A stretch of DNA of 64,000 nt from Coraliomargaritaceae bacterium (GCA_965656495.1 CBFHKU010000006.1:40184-104183), one strand, 5' to 3'. Shown: positions 31,846 through 45,304, numbered from the stretch's first letter. Numbers and translations: made by a program. Notes: generated from the letters alone by a model not told the origin.

Positions 31846-32703
31846 CTAGTCGAAAACGACGGTTTTGTTATTATAGACCAGAATACGGTTGTCGAGGTGA
31901 AGTCGGATGGCTTGAGCAAAGACGGATTTTTCTAGGTCGCGGCCTTTGCGGATTAAGTCGGCGACCGAGTTGCGATGGTTGATACGTGTTACGTCCTGAT
32001 GGATGATGGGGCCTTCGTCAAGAACTGCGGTGGCGTAGTGGGCGGTGGCTCCGATGAGCTTCACCCCCCGCTGGTGCGCCTGATGGTAAGGTTTGCCTCC
32101 GGTGAAGGCGGGCAAAAAGGAATGATGGATATTGATGACGGGGCCTCCGACTTCACTGAGGAAGCGGTCTGACAACACCTGCATATAACGCGCCATCACG
32201 ATGCATTCCACTCCGGCTTCGCGCAGGATTTGTAATTGTTCCTCCTCCGCCTCGCTTTTGTTTTCGGCGGTAACCGGGATGTGATGAAATGGGATGCCGT
32301 AGTAGCGGGCATCGGCTTCAAGGCTGTTGTGGTTAGAAATGATACAGGCAAGTTGGCCGGCAAACTCACCGGCGCGAAAACGAAGAATGGTATCGTGAAA
32401 ACAATGGTCGATTTTGGAAACAAAGAGGCCGACCTTCGGGCGTTCGCTGCTCAGCGCGACGCTGACTTCCATCCCGAGTTCGTCGTGGACAAAGCTTTTG
32501 AAATCGGCGGCTTCCTTTTCGAGTTCGCCAGAAGGGGACCATTCCACGCGCTGGAAAAAGATATTGGCTTCTTCGTCCTTGTGTTGGTCAGCGTGATGAA
32601 TGTTACTGCCCCGCAGGAAAATCCAACTCGAGACTCGCGACACCAGACCGGGCTGGTCGGGGCCGTGCAGGAGTGCGACGATGGTTTCCTGTGTTTGGGG
32701 CAT
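31846..32703 (-). CDS. purU: Formyltetrahydrofolate deformylase
   Basis: ARYMQVLS, INIHHSFLPAF, GVKLIGATAHY and NKTVVF. Confidence 0.97.
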   Translation of the reverse strand: MPQTQETIVALLHGPDQPGLVSRVSSWIFLRGSNIHHADQHKDEEANIFFQRVEWSPSGELEKEAADFKSFVHDELGMEVSVALSSERPKVGLFVSKIDHCFHDTILRFRAGEFAGQLACIISNHNSLEADARYYGIPFHHIPVTAENKSEAEEEQLQILREAGVECIVMARYMQVLSDRFLSEVGGPVINIHHSFLPAFTGGKPYHQAHQRGVKLIGATAHYATAVLDEGPIIHQDVTRINHRNSVADLIRKGRDLEKSVFAQAIRLHLDNRILVYNNKTVVFD

Positions 32704-32717
32704 AGCTGCCAGTGGTT

Positions 32718-35960
<3,243 letters not shown>

Positions 35961-36084
35961 AAATCTTTTTGAGCGTGGAATTTTTGCACAGGCATGCAAG
36001 CACGAACGCAACCAAGAAGCCTCTTAGTTAAAGAATATCTGAAATGGGCTTGTCAGTCGGGGGTCTGTCTGTGTTTTTGACAGG

Positions 36085-37179
36085 GTGCCAAGCGGGGAAA
36101 TCGAGTCAATTAAACGGGAATATCTGGAGGGGTTAAATTTTTCCTCTTTGGAAAGGTGCTTGGAGGATTCGGGCGTCAATCCGGTGCACGCCAAGGCACT
36201 CTTTAATGCGGTACAGCGTCGTTTGGACGCCGCGCTGTCGGAGGCCTGCGATCACCTTGTTCCGCCGCTCCAGCGTTGGTTGCGCTCGGCGGAGGCCCCG
36301 CATCAATGCCCGCTTGTCCCGGTTGCGGAAACCCCCAGTGCCGACGGCTACACGCACAAGCACCTCTTGCGTCTGGCGGATGGTGCGGAAGTCGAGGCGG
36401 TACAGATGGGATTTCCGGGGCGATTCACCGCCTGCCTGAGTAGTCAGGTCGGTTGCGCGATGGGATGCGTCTTTTGTGCCACCGGGCAAATGGGTTTTGC
36501 GCGTCACCTCACCGCCGGTGAAATCGTGGCACAGGCCTTGCACCTTGAGCGGCAACTGCGCGCCACGCAGGGTGAACGGCTCCGCAATATTGTTATGATG
36601 GGGATGGGCGAGCCCTTGCACAACTTTGAGCCCACCATGCAGGCGCTGGAAATCCTGACCGATAACCGGGGGCTCAACATCGGCCCCGCGCGGGTGGCGA
36701 TCAGCACCGTCGGTCATATTCCGGGCATCGAGCAACTGGCGCGTCACCCCAAGCGGTATTCCTTGGCCGTCAGCCTCCACGGTGCCAGTGATGCAGAACG
36801 CGCTGCCCTGGTGCCGATTAATAAAAAGTGGCCGCTCGCGGACCTTCTGCAAGCGTGTCGCGATTACTCACGCATCAAGCGCGCGCGGGTCTTCTTTGCC
36901 TGGACTTTAATCGGCGGGGTCAATGACAGTGACGACCACGCCCGCCGACTGGCGGAGCTCTTGCGTGGGATGGACGCCCACGTGAACCTCATTCCGCTCA
37001 ACCCCACGGAAGGTTTTGACGGAGCTGCGCCCGCCGATTCCAGAGTGCGGGCCTTTCAGGAGATCATTCAGGATTCCGGTTTGCCCAGCACGGTGCGCCA
37101 GCGGCGTGGTATTGATGTGGCGGCGGGATGCGGCCAGCTCAAGGTTGCCCGCGCCAATCGAGCGTCAGTGTCGGGCTGA
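36085..37179 (+). CDS. rlmN: RlmN-family radical SAM RNA methyltransferase
   Basis: SSQVGCAMGCVFCATG, MGMGEP, SLH and AAGCGQL. Confidence 0.9.
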   Translation: MPSGEIESIKREYLEGLNFSSLERCLEDSGVNPVHAKALFNAVQRRLDAALSEACDHLVPPLQRWLRSAEAPHQCPLVPVAETPSADGYTHKHLLRLADGAEVEAVQMGFPGRFTACLSSQVGCAMGCVFCATGQMGFARHLTAGEIVAQALHLERQLRATQGERLRNIVMMGMGEPLHNFEPTMQALEILTDNRGLNIGPARVAISTVGHIPGIEQLARHPKRYSLAVSLHGASDAERAALVPINKKWPLADLLQACRDYSRIKRARVFFAWTLIGGVNDSDDHARRLAELLRGMDAHVNLIPLNPTEGFDGAAPADSRVRAFQEIIQDSGLPSTVRQRRGIDVAAGCGQLKVARANRASVSG

Positions 37180-38311
37180 CTTCAGCCGCCTTTTCCTCGA
37201 TGCGCAGACCCTCCAGACGCTTGGGATGGAGTTGAATCTCGTAGCGGTGTCCGGCGGGGAGGCGGATGCGGGTGCTGGCATGCAGGTCTGAGAAGAAGCC
37301 GCGCACCTGATGGTAAACCCGCTTGCGGTCGGGCGTGGCGCCGGACTCGCTCTCAAGGTGGAGTTTGGTTTTTGGGAAACCGAAACCCTGCCCGCGGGTG
37401 ATAAATTCCATGGCGGTGCCCGCCGCGCCTTTTTCAAATTTCAACTCACCGCGCAGGTCGAGGTCGAGATAGAGGCTTGCGCCGGATGCTTCGAGGCTCA
37501 GGTGGTCGGTCTTGTCGCGGGGGCTGCGGGTCGCCACCAGAAGCAGGAGCAGCAACACAATCGGCAGGAGGGCGAGGCGAACAAAACGCCGACGCCGCGC
37601 CGCGCCCGCATTGCGCGGCGGGCGCTCGGTGAAGCGCCAATCCTGCTGTAGGCCGAGGGCCTGTTGAAGTCCGTATGCCACGAGCCACATGAGAATACCC
37701 GCCCAGATCACATCCGTTAAAAAGTGACCGCCATAGCTCATGCGGGAGAGTCCGATGACGCCGCCAAAGAGCAGAGCCAGCGCAAGGACCACGCGCCGCG
37801 CCGTGCCTTTGAGAAGGAGCGCCAAGGCAAAGAAATAAAATCCCATGGTGGCGTGCCCGCAGGGGAATGATTTCCCCGTGCTGGCGAGGTCAATCCAGAG
37901 GCTGGGCTCAAATGCCTGCGTGCCGCCATAAAGATCAACCTGCGCGGGGCGGGGGCGCCCCCAGTAGCCCTTCAGCAGAAAATTAGCGAGAATGCCATTG
38001 CCGAGCGCGAGCACCGCGAAGAGGTAAAAGCTGACGGTGCGAAGGGCTTGCACTTGCTTGATGTAATAGCTGGCGAGCCAGAGGAGCATTCCACCGACTC
38101 CCAGAATGAGCGCGGGCAGGACGCCATATTCATACAGCGCAACCATGATGGGCATATCCCGACCCGTCCAGTGATCGGCGGTGGCATCGTAAAAACAAGC
38201 CTGTGCCCCTTGGTCCCAGCCGAGCAGGTTGGCGATTAAACTAAAAAATACCCCCGCGAGGAGAGGCAGGTAAACCGCGCGCTGTTTCAGGAATTTCAGG
38301 GGAGCGGACAT
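37139..38311 (-). CDS. PAP2-family membrane phosphatase with C-terminal extension
   Basis: KGYWGRPRP, SFPCGHA and SRMSYGGHFLTD. Confidence 0.88.
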   Translation of the reverse strand: MSAPLKFLKQRAVYLPLLAGVFFSLIANLLGWDQGAQACFYDATADHWTGRDMPIMVALYEYGVLPALILGVGGMLLWLASYYIKQVQALRTVSFYLFAVLALGNGILANFLLKGYWGRPRPAQVDLYGGTQAFEPSLWIDLASTGKSFPCGHATMGFYFFALALLLKGTARRVVLALALLFGGVIGLSRMSYGGHFLTDVIWAGILMWLVAYGLQQALGLQQDWRFTERPPRNAGAARRRRFVRLALLPIVLLLLLLVATRSPRDKTDHLSLEASGASLYLDLDLRGELKFEKGAAGTAMEFITRGQGFGFPKTKLHLESESGATPDRKRVYHQVRGFFSDLHASTRIRLPAGHRYEIQLHPKRLEGLRIEEKAAEVSPTLTLDWRGQP

Positions 38312-38318
38312 GCTGCGT

Positions 38319-39980
38319 TCAAGGTTTACGGATCAATGCCAGTTCAACCCAGGAACTGTTGCCGGGGCTGAAGCCTTGCACCGTTTCAATTTCCAGTTGC
38401 CCGTAGTCGGTCTGAATTTTGGCGCGATGATCGTGCCGCGGACGCAGCGCCTTGCCCGCCCGCCAATCCGCGAGAAGTTCGTCATCCAGTCGCCAGCGGC
38501 GCGTGCTAATCAGGAGGACGTCCCCCTCTTTTAATTCGGCAGCGCTGGGCGCCTCATTGAAGTTCCAATAGCGTCCGCTATACCAGACGAGGCTGGGCTC
38601 CGCAAAACCTTCGCTATAGGCCGCGGGTGCCTCCGCGAGCAGTTCGTGATGGGCGGCATGGAGTTGGGTAACGAGGTGGGCCTGTCGCAGATTCGCGGCG
38701 AAGGGCCAAAAGAGGAGGGCGCTTGCGATGGAAAACAGGATGGCAGGCGCGAGGCGCAGGCGTTGGACGCATTCCGAGGCGAGGAGGAGGGCGAGGAAGA
38801 GGGCCGAAAGCCAGAGGCAGGCATCTCCAAGGGCGTGCACAGGGGCGTTCCCGCCAAGGACAATGCCGAGTGCGAGGGCGGCGAGCACCAGCACCGCGAG
38901 CGCCACGCGCGTGAGGGTATAGCTGAGCAGGAAGCCCGAGCGGGTGCCGCTGCGCAAATGGGAAGCGGCAAGGAGCGCGAGGGCGGGGTAGCTCGGCAAG
39001 ATGTAATGCGGGAGCTGGGTTTTATAAAAAGCGAAAATGATAAAACTGCTGGCGGCCCAAGCCAGCAGGAAGCCGTGCTGGCGCGACTCGTGGCGTTTGC
39101 CCCAGGCATTGCGGAGGGCGGGCCAAAGCGCCGGAACCCAGGGGCTGAAAAAAACCAGGACCGCCACGAAATAATAAACCCCGGGAATATAGAACCGTTC
39201 ATTAAAAGCGGAAACCCCCCGCTCAACTACGTGCTCCCCGATTCCAATATCAAAGTAAGCGCCCTGAGTTTGAATGAGGGCGGGGATGCCCCATGCCCCC
39301 ACCAGTGCCAGTAAGAGGAGGATGCCGGGAAGCAGACCCGGGAGGAGTTGCCTCCAGGCAGGTGTCGCGCCTTTGCGCCCGAGTAGCGCGAATCCGGCAA
39401 GGCTCAAGCCCGGAATAAGAAGGGCGAGCGGACCTTTGGCGAGAAAGGCGAGCGCCATTCCGCCATAGCTCATCCAAAAGGGGCGCCCAAAAGTTTTAGG
39501 CGGGCTCTCCGCGCAGAGATAGTCCCAAAAGCCGCGCAGGGCGAGGATGGTGCCAAGGATGAGCGGCATGTCCGCCACCGCAATGCGCCCGTGAATGAGA
39601 ACCTGCAGCGCGGAGAGCCAGATGAGTCCGGCAAGGCAGGCCCAGGAGGTTTCGAGCCCAAGGCGGCGACCGAAGCCGTAAATGAGGAGGGCGACCATCC
39701 ACGCCGCGACCGCCGAGTGCAGGCGCGCCGCGAGTTCATTGACCCCGAGGAGGCGGTAGTGCAATTGCATCCACCAGTAAGTGAGGGGCGGTTTGTCGAA
39801 GCGGTATTCGTTGTTGAAATAGGGCACGACATAATCGCTGCGTTCCATCATTTCGACGGTGGCGCGTGCAAAGCGCGGTTCGTCGCGATCGACGAGGGGG
39901 AGGAGCCACGTGCCGGGCAGGAGGTAGAGACAAGCGGCGAGGGTCAGGCACCAGCGCGGGTATCGCTCCAGGAAATTCAT
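38319..39980 (-). CDS. ArnT/GT83-like polyprenyl-phosphate-sugar transferase
   Basis: DRDEPRFARATVEM, RFDKPPLTYW, LAKGP, TQLPHYILPSYP and EPSLVWY. Confidence 0.9.
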   Translation of the reverse strand: MNFLERYPRWCLTLAACLYLLPGTWLLPLVDRDEPRFARATVEMMERSDYVVPYFNNEYRFDKPPLTYWWMQLHYRLLGVNELAARLHSAVAAWMVALLIYGFGRRLGLETSWACLAGLIWLSALQVLIHGRIAVADMPLILGTILALRGFWDYLCAESPPKTFGRPFWMSYGGMALAFLAKGPLALLIPGLSLAGFALLGRKGATPAWRQLLPGLLPGILLLLALVGAWGIPALIQTQGAYFDIGIGEHVVERGVSAFNERFYIPGVYYFVAVLVFFSPWVPALWPALRNAWGKRHESRQHGFLLAWAASSFIIFAFYKTQLPHYILPSYPALALLAASHLRSGTRSGFLLSYTLTRVALAVLVLAALALGIVLGGNAPVHALGDACLWLSALFLALLLASECVQRLRLAPAILFSIASALLFWPFAANLRQAHLVTQLHAAHHELLAEAPAAYSEGFAEPSLVWYSGRYWNFNEAPSAAELKEGDVLLISTRRWRLDDELLADWRAGKALRPRHDHRAKIQTDYGQLEIETVQGFSPGNSSWVELALIRKP

Positions 39981-39995
39981 GGCATGTCGGGCCGA

Positions 39996-40367
39996 CTAGG
40001 AGCCGCCAACGTGGGGGTTGCGAATGTCGAGGTAGAGATTGTAGGCCGCCACAAAACTGGGCAGGAGATTTGAAAGGATCCCCACCGAGTCGTTTTTCCC
40101 AAGCGTGAAATAAGCCAGGAGGCAAATGGATCCGGTGAGCGACATAATCCAAAAGAGACGCGGCATCGTGACCCGTTTGTTTTTCCGCGAGGCCGCCAAC
40201 TGAACAAACCAGCGTCCACCAAAAAGAAAGACTCCGGTGTAGCCGATGAATTTCCAGGGGGTGACGACGAGGCTTTGCCCGAAGAGCTCGCCCTCAAATA
40301 AAACGCTATGCATGAAGCTGGCGAGCGGAAGGCCGGGGAGCAAGGTGAAGGTTTCGCTGAGAGCCAT
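39996..40367 (-). CDS. Lipid A biosynthesis N-terminal (LAB_N) domain small membrane protein
   Basis: WKFIGYTGVFLFGGRWFVQ...MPRLFWIMSLTGS...DSVGIL...YNL; start uncertain. Confidence 0.85.
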   Translation of the reverse strand: MALSETFTLLPGLPLASFMHSVLFEGELFGQSLVVTPWKFIGYTGVFLFGGRWFVQLAASRKNKRVTMPRLFWIMSLTGSICLLAYFTLGKNDSVGILSNLLPSFVAAYNLYLDIRNPHVGGS

Positions 40368-40372
40368 GATTT

Positions 40373-41083
40373 TTATGAGTGAGGGGTGCCTGTGTCCGAT
40401 TCGAGTATGTCGAATTTGACTTTTCGTCTGAGGAGCCAACTGACGCCGAAGAGGTCATAAATGCCGCGCAGGGCGCGATCCCAATTGGTGTATTTGGAGT
40501 TGCCGGCGTGGCGGGAACGATGATTGACGGGGATTTCCGCGATGGTGAGGCCGGCGCGTTTCATGAAGGCGGCCATATAGCGATGCATCCCGTTGAAGGG
40601 GACAAGGTGGTCGACCGCCTCGCGGTGAAAGCATTTGAGCGAGCAACCGGTATCGCGAATCCCGTCATTGATAAAGGTGACGCGGATGCGGTTGGCGATC
40701 TTGGAGGCCCAGCGGCGACTGGCGGTGTCCTTGCGAACGGCGCGATACCCGCAGACCATTCCGATCCCTTCGGTGAGCGCCGCGACCAACGCGGGAATAT
40801 CAGCGGGATCGTTTTGCCCGTCGCCGTCCATCATAACGCAGACGTCACCGGTGGCCTGTTTTAATCCGGCGTAAAGGGCGGCGGATTGACCGCGGTTTTC
40901 CGGGGCGTTGAGGGCGCGCACTCCCGCGACGCTTTGCATGAGTTCCGCGGTGCGGTCACTGCTGCCATCATTCACCGCAATGATCTCGGCTCCGGGGTTG
41001 GTCTGGACGACCTCTTCCAAGACGGAGACCACCGTTTCCTCCTCGTTGTAGAACGGAATGACAATACTGATCGTGGGCTTCAT
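40373..41083 (-). CDS. GT2 polyprenyl-phosphate glycosyltransferase (DPM1-like)
   Basis: [38 protein letters not shown] and SKY. Confidence 0.92.
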   Translation of the reverse strand: MKPTISIVIPFYNEEETVVSVLEEVVQTNPGAEIIAVNDGSSDRTAELMQSVAGVRALNAPENRGQSAALYAGLKQATGDVCVMMDGDGQNDPADIPALVAALTEGIGMVCGYRAVRKDTASRRWASKIANRIRVTFINDGIRDTGCSLKCFHREAVDHLVPFNGMHRYMAAFMKRAGLTIAEIPVNHRSRHAGNSKYTNWDRALRGIYDLFGVSWLLRRKVKFDILESDTGTPHS

Positions 41084-41095
41084 GTATTCGTAATG

Positions 41096-42598
41096 CTATG
41101 GATTCATCCAAGCTTCAAGACTATCAGCAAGGTAAATTTTGAAGGTGGGAAATTCGCGCACGGGATGCATGGGCAATTCATCGACGAGGCGAGGGTTTTT
41201 AAGTTGGGCGGCGAGAGGGGGTGGAATCGCGGCGCTGCTCTCGGCCCGCTTGCGCTCGACAATGACGAGGGCGGGCTTGCCGAGTTCGGGCGGGTTGAAA
41301 AAATCGAACTGATTGTTGATGAGATGGGTCGGATTCCAGAGGTGCACCCGCTTGGGATCAGGTCCGTGAAAGGCAAATTGGGAAGCGGTGAAACGGTGAC
41401 CGACAAAGATGATTTGGTCGGCCTGCGGGTGGCGGGCGGTGGTTTCCTGAACGAGTTGGGGGTAACCGAGCCAGCCTCGGCGTTGGGGCTGGATGCCTTT
41501 TTCTGCCAAAGGCGCGGCGAGGGGTTCAAGCAAGGGCAGGATAATCATGATGCCCAAACTCAGGCCGCCCGCAACCCAAAGCCCGCGGTGAAACCAGCGC
41601 AGGCGGCTTGCTTCGGCGTGCGCCCAAAGCAGGATGAGCCCAAGACTGCCGGGCAGAAAGACCGCCGGCCAGTTGGGGTTGATGCGTTGGCGCAGGGCGA
41701 GGGTTGACATCAGAATCAGCCCAAGCGCCCCGAAGAGGACGCAGAAGGCAACGGCGCGATCGCGGCGTTTGCGCCAAGCGTATGCGATCGCGGGAAAGAG
41801 CAGGACGAAGAGCACCGGGGAGACCAGCGCGGCGAGCGAACCCCAGAGTTCCGCAACCCGTCCCAGGGATTTGCCGAGCGCGATGGGAGCCTGCTCAAAG
41901 TGGTGGGCGGTATGCTGAAGGGTGATCCATTCGTTTTGGGCATTCCAGAGCAGGGGCGGCAGCAAGGCGAGGAGCGAACCGAGGAGGGCAAGCCAGAATC
42001 GCGGGTCACGCAGGAGGGCGCGCTTGAAAAATAAAGCGGTCAATGCAATGAGGGGCAGTTGCACGAGCATCATTTGCTTCGAGAGATGCCCGAGCGCCAG
42101 AACCAGCGCGAGTCCCAGAAAATCGCGGTTTTGGGCAGGACCGTCCTGCAGTAGCTTTGCCGTAAAATAAAGCCCGCCCGTCCAGCAAAAGAGCAAGGGC
42201 GCGTCGATCGTGAGCATCGAGCCCAAAAGCAGGTTTGCCGGCATGAGACCGAGGGCGAGCACTCCGTAAAGCGCGAGGCTCCGGTTTCCGGTCAGGGCAT
42301 AAAGGGTGCCATGAAAAAACCAAAGGGTGCCCGCCCCCAGCAGAGTCGCGGCGGCTTTAAAAACATAGGTGTGCGCCCCAAAGAGGGCGGTTAGCCCACC
42401 GTAAAGCCAGCCAATGAGCGGCGGTTTACTGAAGTAGCCCCAGTCCGGATATTGACCCCATAGCCAATAGTAGGTTTCGTCGCCCGCCATCCCGACCGGT
42501 TCGAGCAAGTGCCAGAACAGGCGCATGGCAGTGAGAGCCAGGATGAAAACAAGGGCGGGTTGAAGCGCGGCAGATTTTTGGATGGGTGCTGAAGTCAC
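41096..42598 (-). CDS. Second ArnT/GT39-like transferase
   Basis: DETYYWLWG, DWGYFSKPPLIGW, TIDAPL, LSK and NWP. Confidence 0.88.
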   Translation of the reverse strand: MTSAPIQKSAALQPALVFILALTAMRLFWHLLEPVGMAGDETYYWLWGQYPDWGYFSKPPLIGWLYGGLTALFGAHTYVFKAAATLLGAGTLWFFHGTLYALTGNRSLALYGVLALGLMPANLLLGSMLTIDAPLLFCWTGGLYFTAKLLQDGPAQNRDFLGLALVLALGHLSKQMMLVQLPLIALTALFFKRALLRDPRFWLALLGSLLALLPPLLWNAQNEWITLQHTAHHFEQAPIALGKSLGRVAELWGSLAALVSPVLFVLLFPAIAYAWRKRRDRAVAFCVLFGALGLILMSTLALRQRINPNWPAVFLPGSLGLILLWAHAEASRLRWFHRGLWVAGGLSLGIMIILPLLEPLAAPLAEKGIQPQRRGWLGYPQLVQETTARHPQADQIIFVGHRFTASQFAFHGPDPKRVHLWNPTHLINNQFDFFNPPELGKPALVIVERKRAESSAAIPPPLAAQLKNPRLVDELPMHPVREFPTFKIYLADSLEAWMNP

Positions 42599-42649
42599 GG
42601 TCTGGCTGATTCACTTGAACAAGCCAGTTTCAGCCGCCCGCGACAAGAA

Positions 42650-43264
42650 TTATTCGAGTCCAAGTTTTTCGAGCTTCGGGCGAATGATCCGCGCACAGTA
42701 GGGCTGGCTCCCGTTCTGGCGGTAGTAGTCCTGATGATAATCTTCGGCGGGGTAGTAGGTCGAGGCCGCCGTGATTTCGGTCACGATCGGATCCTTAAAC
42801 ATCCCCTGTGCGGCAACTTTCGATTTTTCCGCAGCGGTTTTCTGGGCTTCAGAATGATAAAAGACCGCGGAGCGGTATTGCGTCCCCACGTCGTAACCCT
42901 GCCGGTTCAAGGTCGTCGGATCATGCGAGCGCCACAACCAATCCAAGAGGGTTTCAAAGGAAATGATAGCCGGATCATAATGAATCTGCGTCACCTCCGC
43001 GTGCCCGGTGGTACCCTCGCAGACCGCCCGATAAGTCGGGTTTTCAACCGTGCCCCCCATGTAACCCGATTCCACCGCGTGCACACCGTCCAGTAATTCA
43101 AAGACCGCCTCCACGCACCAGAAACAGCCCGCCCCGAAGGTCGCGGTTTCCAAATTTTCAGGTTCAGGCATGGGCGTTTCTTTCACAGGAGTTTTTTCGG
43201 CAGTACAGGAAGCCAGTAGAAGGAGGCTCAGCAATCCGAATAATTTTACTTTGATTATATTCAT
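42650..43264 (-). CDS. msrA: Peptide-methionine (S)-S-oxide reductase with predicted lipoprotein signal
   Basis: GCFWC, GHAE, DPTTLNRQG and AEDYHQDY; N-terminal LLASC lipobox. Confidence 0.95.
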   Translation of the reverse strand: MNIIKVKLFGLLSLLLLASCTAEKTPVKETPMPEPENLETATFGAGCFWCVEAVFELLDGVHAVESGYMGGTVENPTYRAVCEGTTGHAEVTQIHYDPAIISFETLLDWLWRSHDPTTLNRQGYDVGTQYRSAVFYHSEAQKTAAEKSKVAAQGMFKDPIVTEITAASTYYPAEDYHQDYYRQNGSQPYCARIIRPKLEKLGLE

Positions 43265-43302
43265 ACCTAAGAGAGAGAAATCGCAATCCGATGTTCCTTT
43301 TT

Positions 43303-43569
43303 TTATAACGAAATGACCCCCGGCACCTGCGCCACCCGTTGGTAGATCGCGATCACCTCATCGCAGGAATGGACCTGCATTTCCATCGTGTACGCCGTAA
43401 AACGCCCGCTTCGCGATTCCCGCGACTGCACCGGATCATCCGCAAACAATTCCAGCACCGCCCCGGTCTGATCCTTCGGCACGATGAATTTAAACGGGAA
43501 TACGCACGGCCACTCATAGTTCGCATCCAGCGAGGACCGGAACGATTCCAGACTTTTATCTTCTGACAT
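43303..43569 (-). CDS. DUF493 (YbeD-like) protein
   Basis: WPCVFPFKFIVP, SRSGRF and VPGVISL. Confidence 0.85.
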   Translation of the reverse strand: MSEDKSLESFRSSLDANYEWPCVFPFKFIVPKDQTGAVLELFADDPVQSRESRSGRFTAYTMEMQVHSCDEVIAIYQRVAQVPGVISL

Positions 43570-43732
43570 ACCCCCAAGCTGCACAGAACGCCCCATTTGT
43601 CACGCTCCGGCTATACCTTTGTGCTTGGGGATTGATAATGAGTTGCGTTTCGAGTGATATTTTTATGATTGTAAAAATAAAATATTTAATAAAGGTAATA
43701 TATTCATAAAGTTTAAAATTTAGGCGGGATTG

Positions 43733-43762
43733 TTGACAAGCAGTTGCTATGAATGCTAACCT
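43733..43762 (+). promoter_or_regulatory. Sigma70-type promoter
   Basis: TTGACA at 43733, an 18-nt spacer, extended -10 TGcTAACCT and an AT-rich upstream region. Confidence 0.55.
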
Positions 43763-43786
43763 AATAACGTGCCAAACAGGATATCT

Positions 43787-44041
43787 ATGCGAGTTATACG
43801 ATTGGTCAGTCGTGGTTTTCAGGAACTATTTGCGGTGGGGCCCGTTCAGCGGAAACCACATAAACGGGGCGAATACAACCGGAACGTTTCCAAATACTTA
43901 AGGTATGGCTTCGAGACCGCAGCGCAGGAAGCGCAAAGCATCGCTTCCCGAAAAGGCGAAAAGCTCCCCGCTCTCTTCGAAAACCCAGACCGAAGATCAA
44001 ATGTTGATGCTGAGCGAGAGCCAGTTGCAACAACTCATTGA
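43787..44041 (+). CDS. Small hypothetical protein overlapping the DUF2335 gene
   Basis: ATG 43787 lies right after the promoter; no recognisable motif. Confidence 0.4.
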   Translation: MRVIRLVSRGFQELFAVGPVQRKPHKRGEYNRNVSKYLRYGFETAAQEAQSIASRKGEKLPALFENPDRRSNVDAEREPVATTH

Positions 44042-44408
44042 GAATTGTCTCCGGGAAAGAATAGAATTTCATCACTTGGAGCATTTCAGCGGCCCTTACC
44101 CGCACCCTCAACACGCCGCCGAATATTCCAAAGTCTACCCTGATTTCATGCCCCGCGTCATGGCTTTAAGCGAGCGTGAGCAGCAGAATTACCAGGAATT
44201 CAACCAACTCCAAATCGCCAATGAGTATCGGTTGCGACGTTTGGGGTTATTGTTGGCATTTGTGATTATAGCCTTATTCATAATCTCCAGTTTTTTCCTG
44301 CTTTTCTATGACCACGCCATCTCGGGTGGTCTCAATATTTTAGTAGCCACAGTGGTGAGTTATTTCGTACTGCAAAATTACCACAAGAACGCCAAGCCCG
44401 ATAACTAG
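43905..44408 (+). CDS. DUF2335-like membrane protein
   Basis: FSGPYPHP...EYSKVYPDFMPRVMALSEREQ followed by two C-terminal TM helices. Confidence 0.75.
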   Translation: MASRPQRRKRKASLPEKAKSSPLSSKTQTEDQMLMLSESQLQQLIENCLRERIEFHHLEHFSGPYPHPQHAAEYSKVYPDFMPRVMALSEREQQNYQEFNQLQIANEYRLRRLGLLLAFVIIALFIISSFFLLFYDHAISGGLNILVATVVSYFVLQNYHKNAKPDN

Positions 44409-44483
44409 TCCCCCTACTTGATCGACCTCACGCTTCCGGACTTGCCTCGGGCGCTGGGTCTGTTTTCTTTGAACCTTTCCCAT

Positions 44484-44572
<89 letters not shown>

Positions 44573-44632
44573 TGTTTAGGGAGAGGGCCTTGACCCCGCG
44601 TGCGGGTGTTCCGGTCTTCCGCCCCGGCGGCT

Positions 44633-44839
44633 TTAAAGTTCACGCTCGTGAATACCCGCAAGTTTCATCTGTGCTTTGAGTAAGCCTATTTTAAGGGGTT
44701 TATTGGCATGAACCGGAACTACAATTCGTTCCTTGTGCCCGGGTTTTATGTAAATATGATGACTGCCGCTTACACGTCTGAGGGTCCATCCGTGAGCTTC
44801 AAGAATCTTACAGAAGGCTTTGCCGGAAATTTGCTTCAC
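44633..44839 (-). CDS. hicA: HicA-family toxin
   Basis: GTG start overlapping the hicB stop; LEAHGW...RVSGSHHIY...VVPVH...LKIGLL. Confidence 0.92.
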   Translation of the reverse strand: MKQISGKAFCKILEAHGWTLRRVSGSHHIYIKPGHKERIVVPVHANKPLKIGLLKAQMKLAGIHEREL

Positions 44840-45039
44840 ATTGCGAGTTCCAGAATTTGGCTCGTTTTGTTGTGCTTGATTTCGTCTTCGCCAACCTCCA
44901 GCCAAAGAGCAATGGCCTCTTTTAGGTTGTCGGTCAAAGCTTCGAGTGTTTCGCCCTGAGTTGAGCATCCGGGTAGCGCTGGAACTTCAGCCCAATAGCC
45001 GCCTTCTTCTGCCTCATGTATTACCGCTTTGAATTTCAT
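44836..45039 (-). CDS. hicB: HicB-family antitoxin (short form without DNA-binding domain)
   Basis: EEGGYWAEVPALPGCSTQGETLE...NLKEAIALWLE. Confidence 0.92.
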   Translation of the reverse strand: MKFKAVIHEAEEGGYWAEVPALPGCSTQGETLEALTDNLKEAIALWLEVGEDEIKHNKTSQILELAM

Positions 45040-45304
45040 AGGGCAACTATCTGCATCGTGAGGTGTTTTTCAATCGGATTCTTCTACTCGTAAGCCGATG
45101 CTGAGACCGGCAAGGAATGAGGGAGGCTTCCTTTTTCGGGGCCTTCGTGTCCCGCCCCGGGCACTTTGTTTAGGGAGCGGGCCTTGACTCTGCGTGCGGG
45201 TGTTCCGGTCTTCCGCGTGGCGGAATCGGGCCTGATGGTGCGGTCTTGGGTCTGCGCTGCGGCTGTAGCCCGCATGGTAGCTGGGGTTTTGGAAGTTTCT
45301 TAAG

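Noticed and set aside
36085..37179. Cfr-type resistance methyltransferase
   Set aside because: The motifs seen are shared by RlmN and Cfr, and the context is chromosomal housekeeping; a phylogeny would be needed to claim Cfr.
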